Below are positions 63,311 to 64,000 of a stretch of DNA of 64,000 nt, one piece after another (position 1 is the first letter of the stretch; each line of letters opens with the position of its first letter). This DNA comes from Ylistrum balloti (taxonomy: Eukaryota). A program made the position numbers and the translations under genes. A model generated the notes under the pieces. It was not told the origin of the DNA. It saw only the letters and a program-made list of their open reading frames with translations, and ran no database searches. The DNA is taken from NCBI RefSeq assembly GCF_031769215.1, contig NW_026781965.1:2294001-2358000 (forward strand). Direction: 5' to 3'.

Positions 63311-64000
63311 ATAAGTAGATTACATACTATAGCGCCTAGCACATGACAATCAATACCACGGCGTCTTCACACAATAAGACGACGCATTTCTCAACGTCTA
63401 CACATTGGGAAACACACATTATACCGCATCATCAATAACTAATCAGGATAGATCCCAATGTCTGTTCTCAACAAACCATAGCGTCTGCACACTGAGAAAG
63501 AATGTACGACAAATGAAATACGAAGACGAATTATACCTTTGTGTCTACAGACAAGGAAATATTCGAAATAGCGTTAAATATAAATTAATTTGTAAATATT
63601 ATCTAGCACAACTTTCTAGTTTCTCCTAAAGGAGGATTAGTGTTTGATGGTCTAGATCTTCACTGATGTGTGATTATATGCCCACAGGTTTCATAGAAAA
63701 GCATTCCCGTATTTTTTCACAAGTTAACTATCAAAACAAAAAGGTTCTCATCCCTGTATTTTATCCAAGAAGGATGTGCTCTTTATACACGTACAAATAG
63801 TATGTAAATTGTTTGGTCCTGGTGTTGAATAAACAAAAATAAGACTCCAGACAATAAGAAAATCAAATTTAATACAGAGCATATTACATCAATAGTTACC
63901 GAGGTCAAATCAGGCATTACAACCCGTTTTCAACGTTTCGAAATATACAATATGAAAACAATTAACGTGCCTAATTATGAAGGTTACAGAAAATCTAATG

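Overview
AT-rich animal genomic DNA, most likely from a bivalve mollusc (inferred from its SINE, Penelope-like and minisatellite content). One complete intron-rich gene on the + strand spans almost the whole window: a polycystin-1 family (PKD1/PKD1-like) gene. I spliced it by hand into 37 coding exons from ATG 2632 to TGA 59857. All 36 introns are GT-AG and phase-consistent, giving 10,578 nt and about 3,525 aa. Domain order: signal peptide, WSC, PKD, Cys-rich insert, about 9 more PKD-like repeats, REJ, GAIN/GPS (HL|T), TM1, PLAT/LH2, then 10 further TM helices including the polycystin cation-channel domain and a short C-tail. The signal peptide is split across two micro-exons (36 and 31 nt) that the ORF track misses, separated by 10.3 kb and 8.2 kb introns. 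Roughly 20% of the window is minisatellite arrays (units of 28-54 bp), and these produce most of the long ORFs in the track. The introns also hold many decayed Penelope-like retroelement fragments, a hammerhead-ribozyme-like motif, two tRNA-derived SINEs, LINE 3' ends and a TTAA-flanked MITE. I found no CRISPR array, rRNA or true tRNA gene. All family assignments are from remembered motifs, not database searches.
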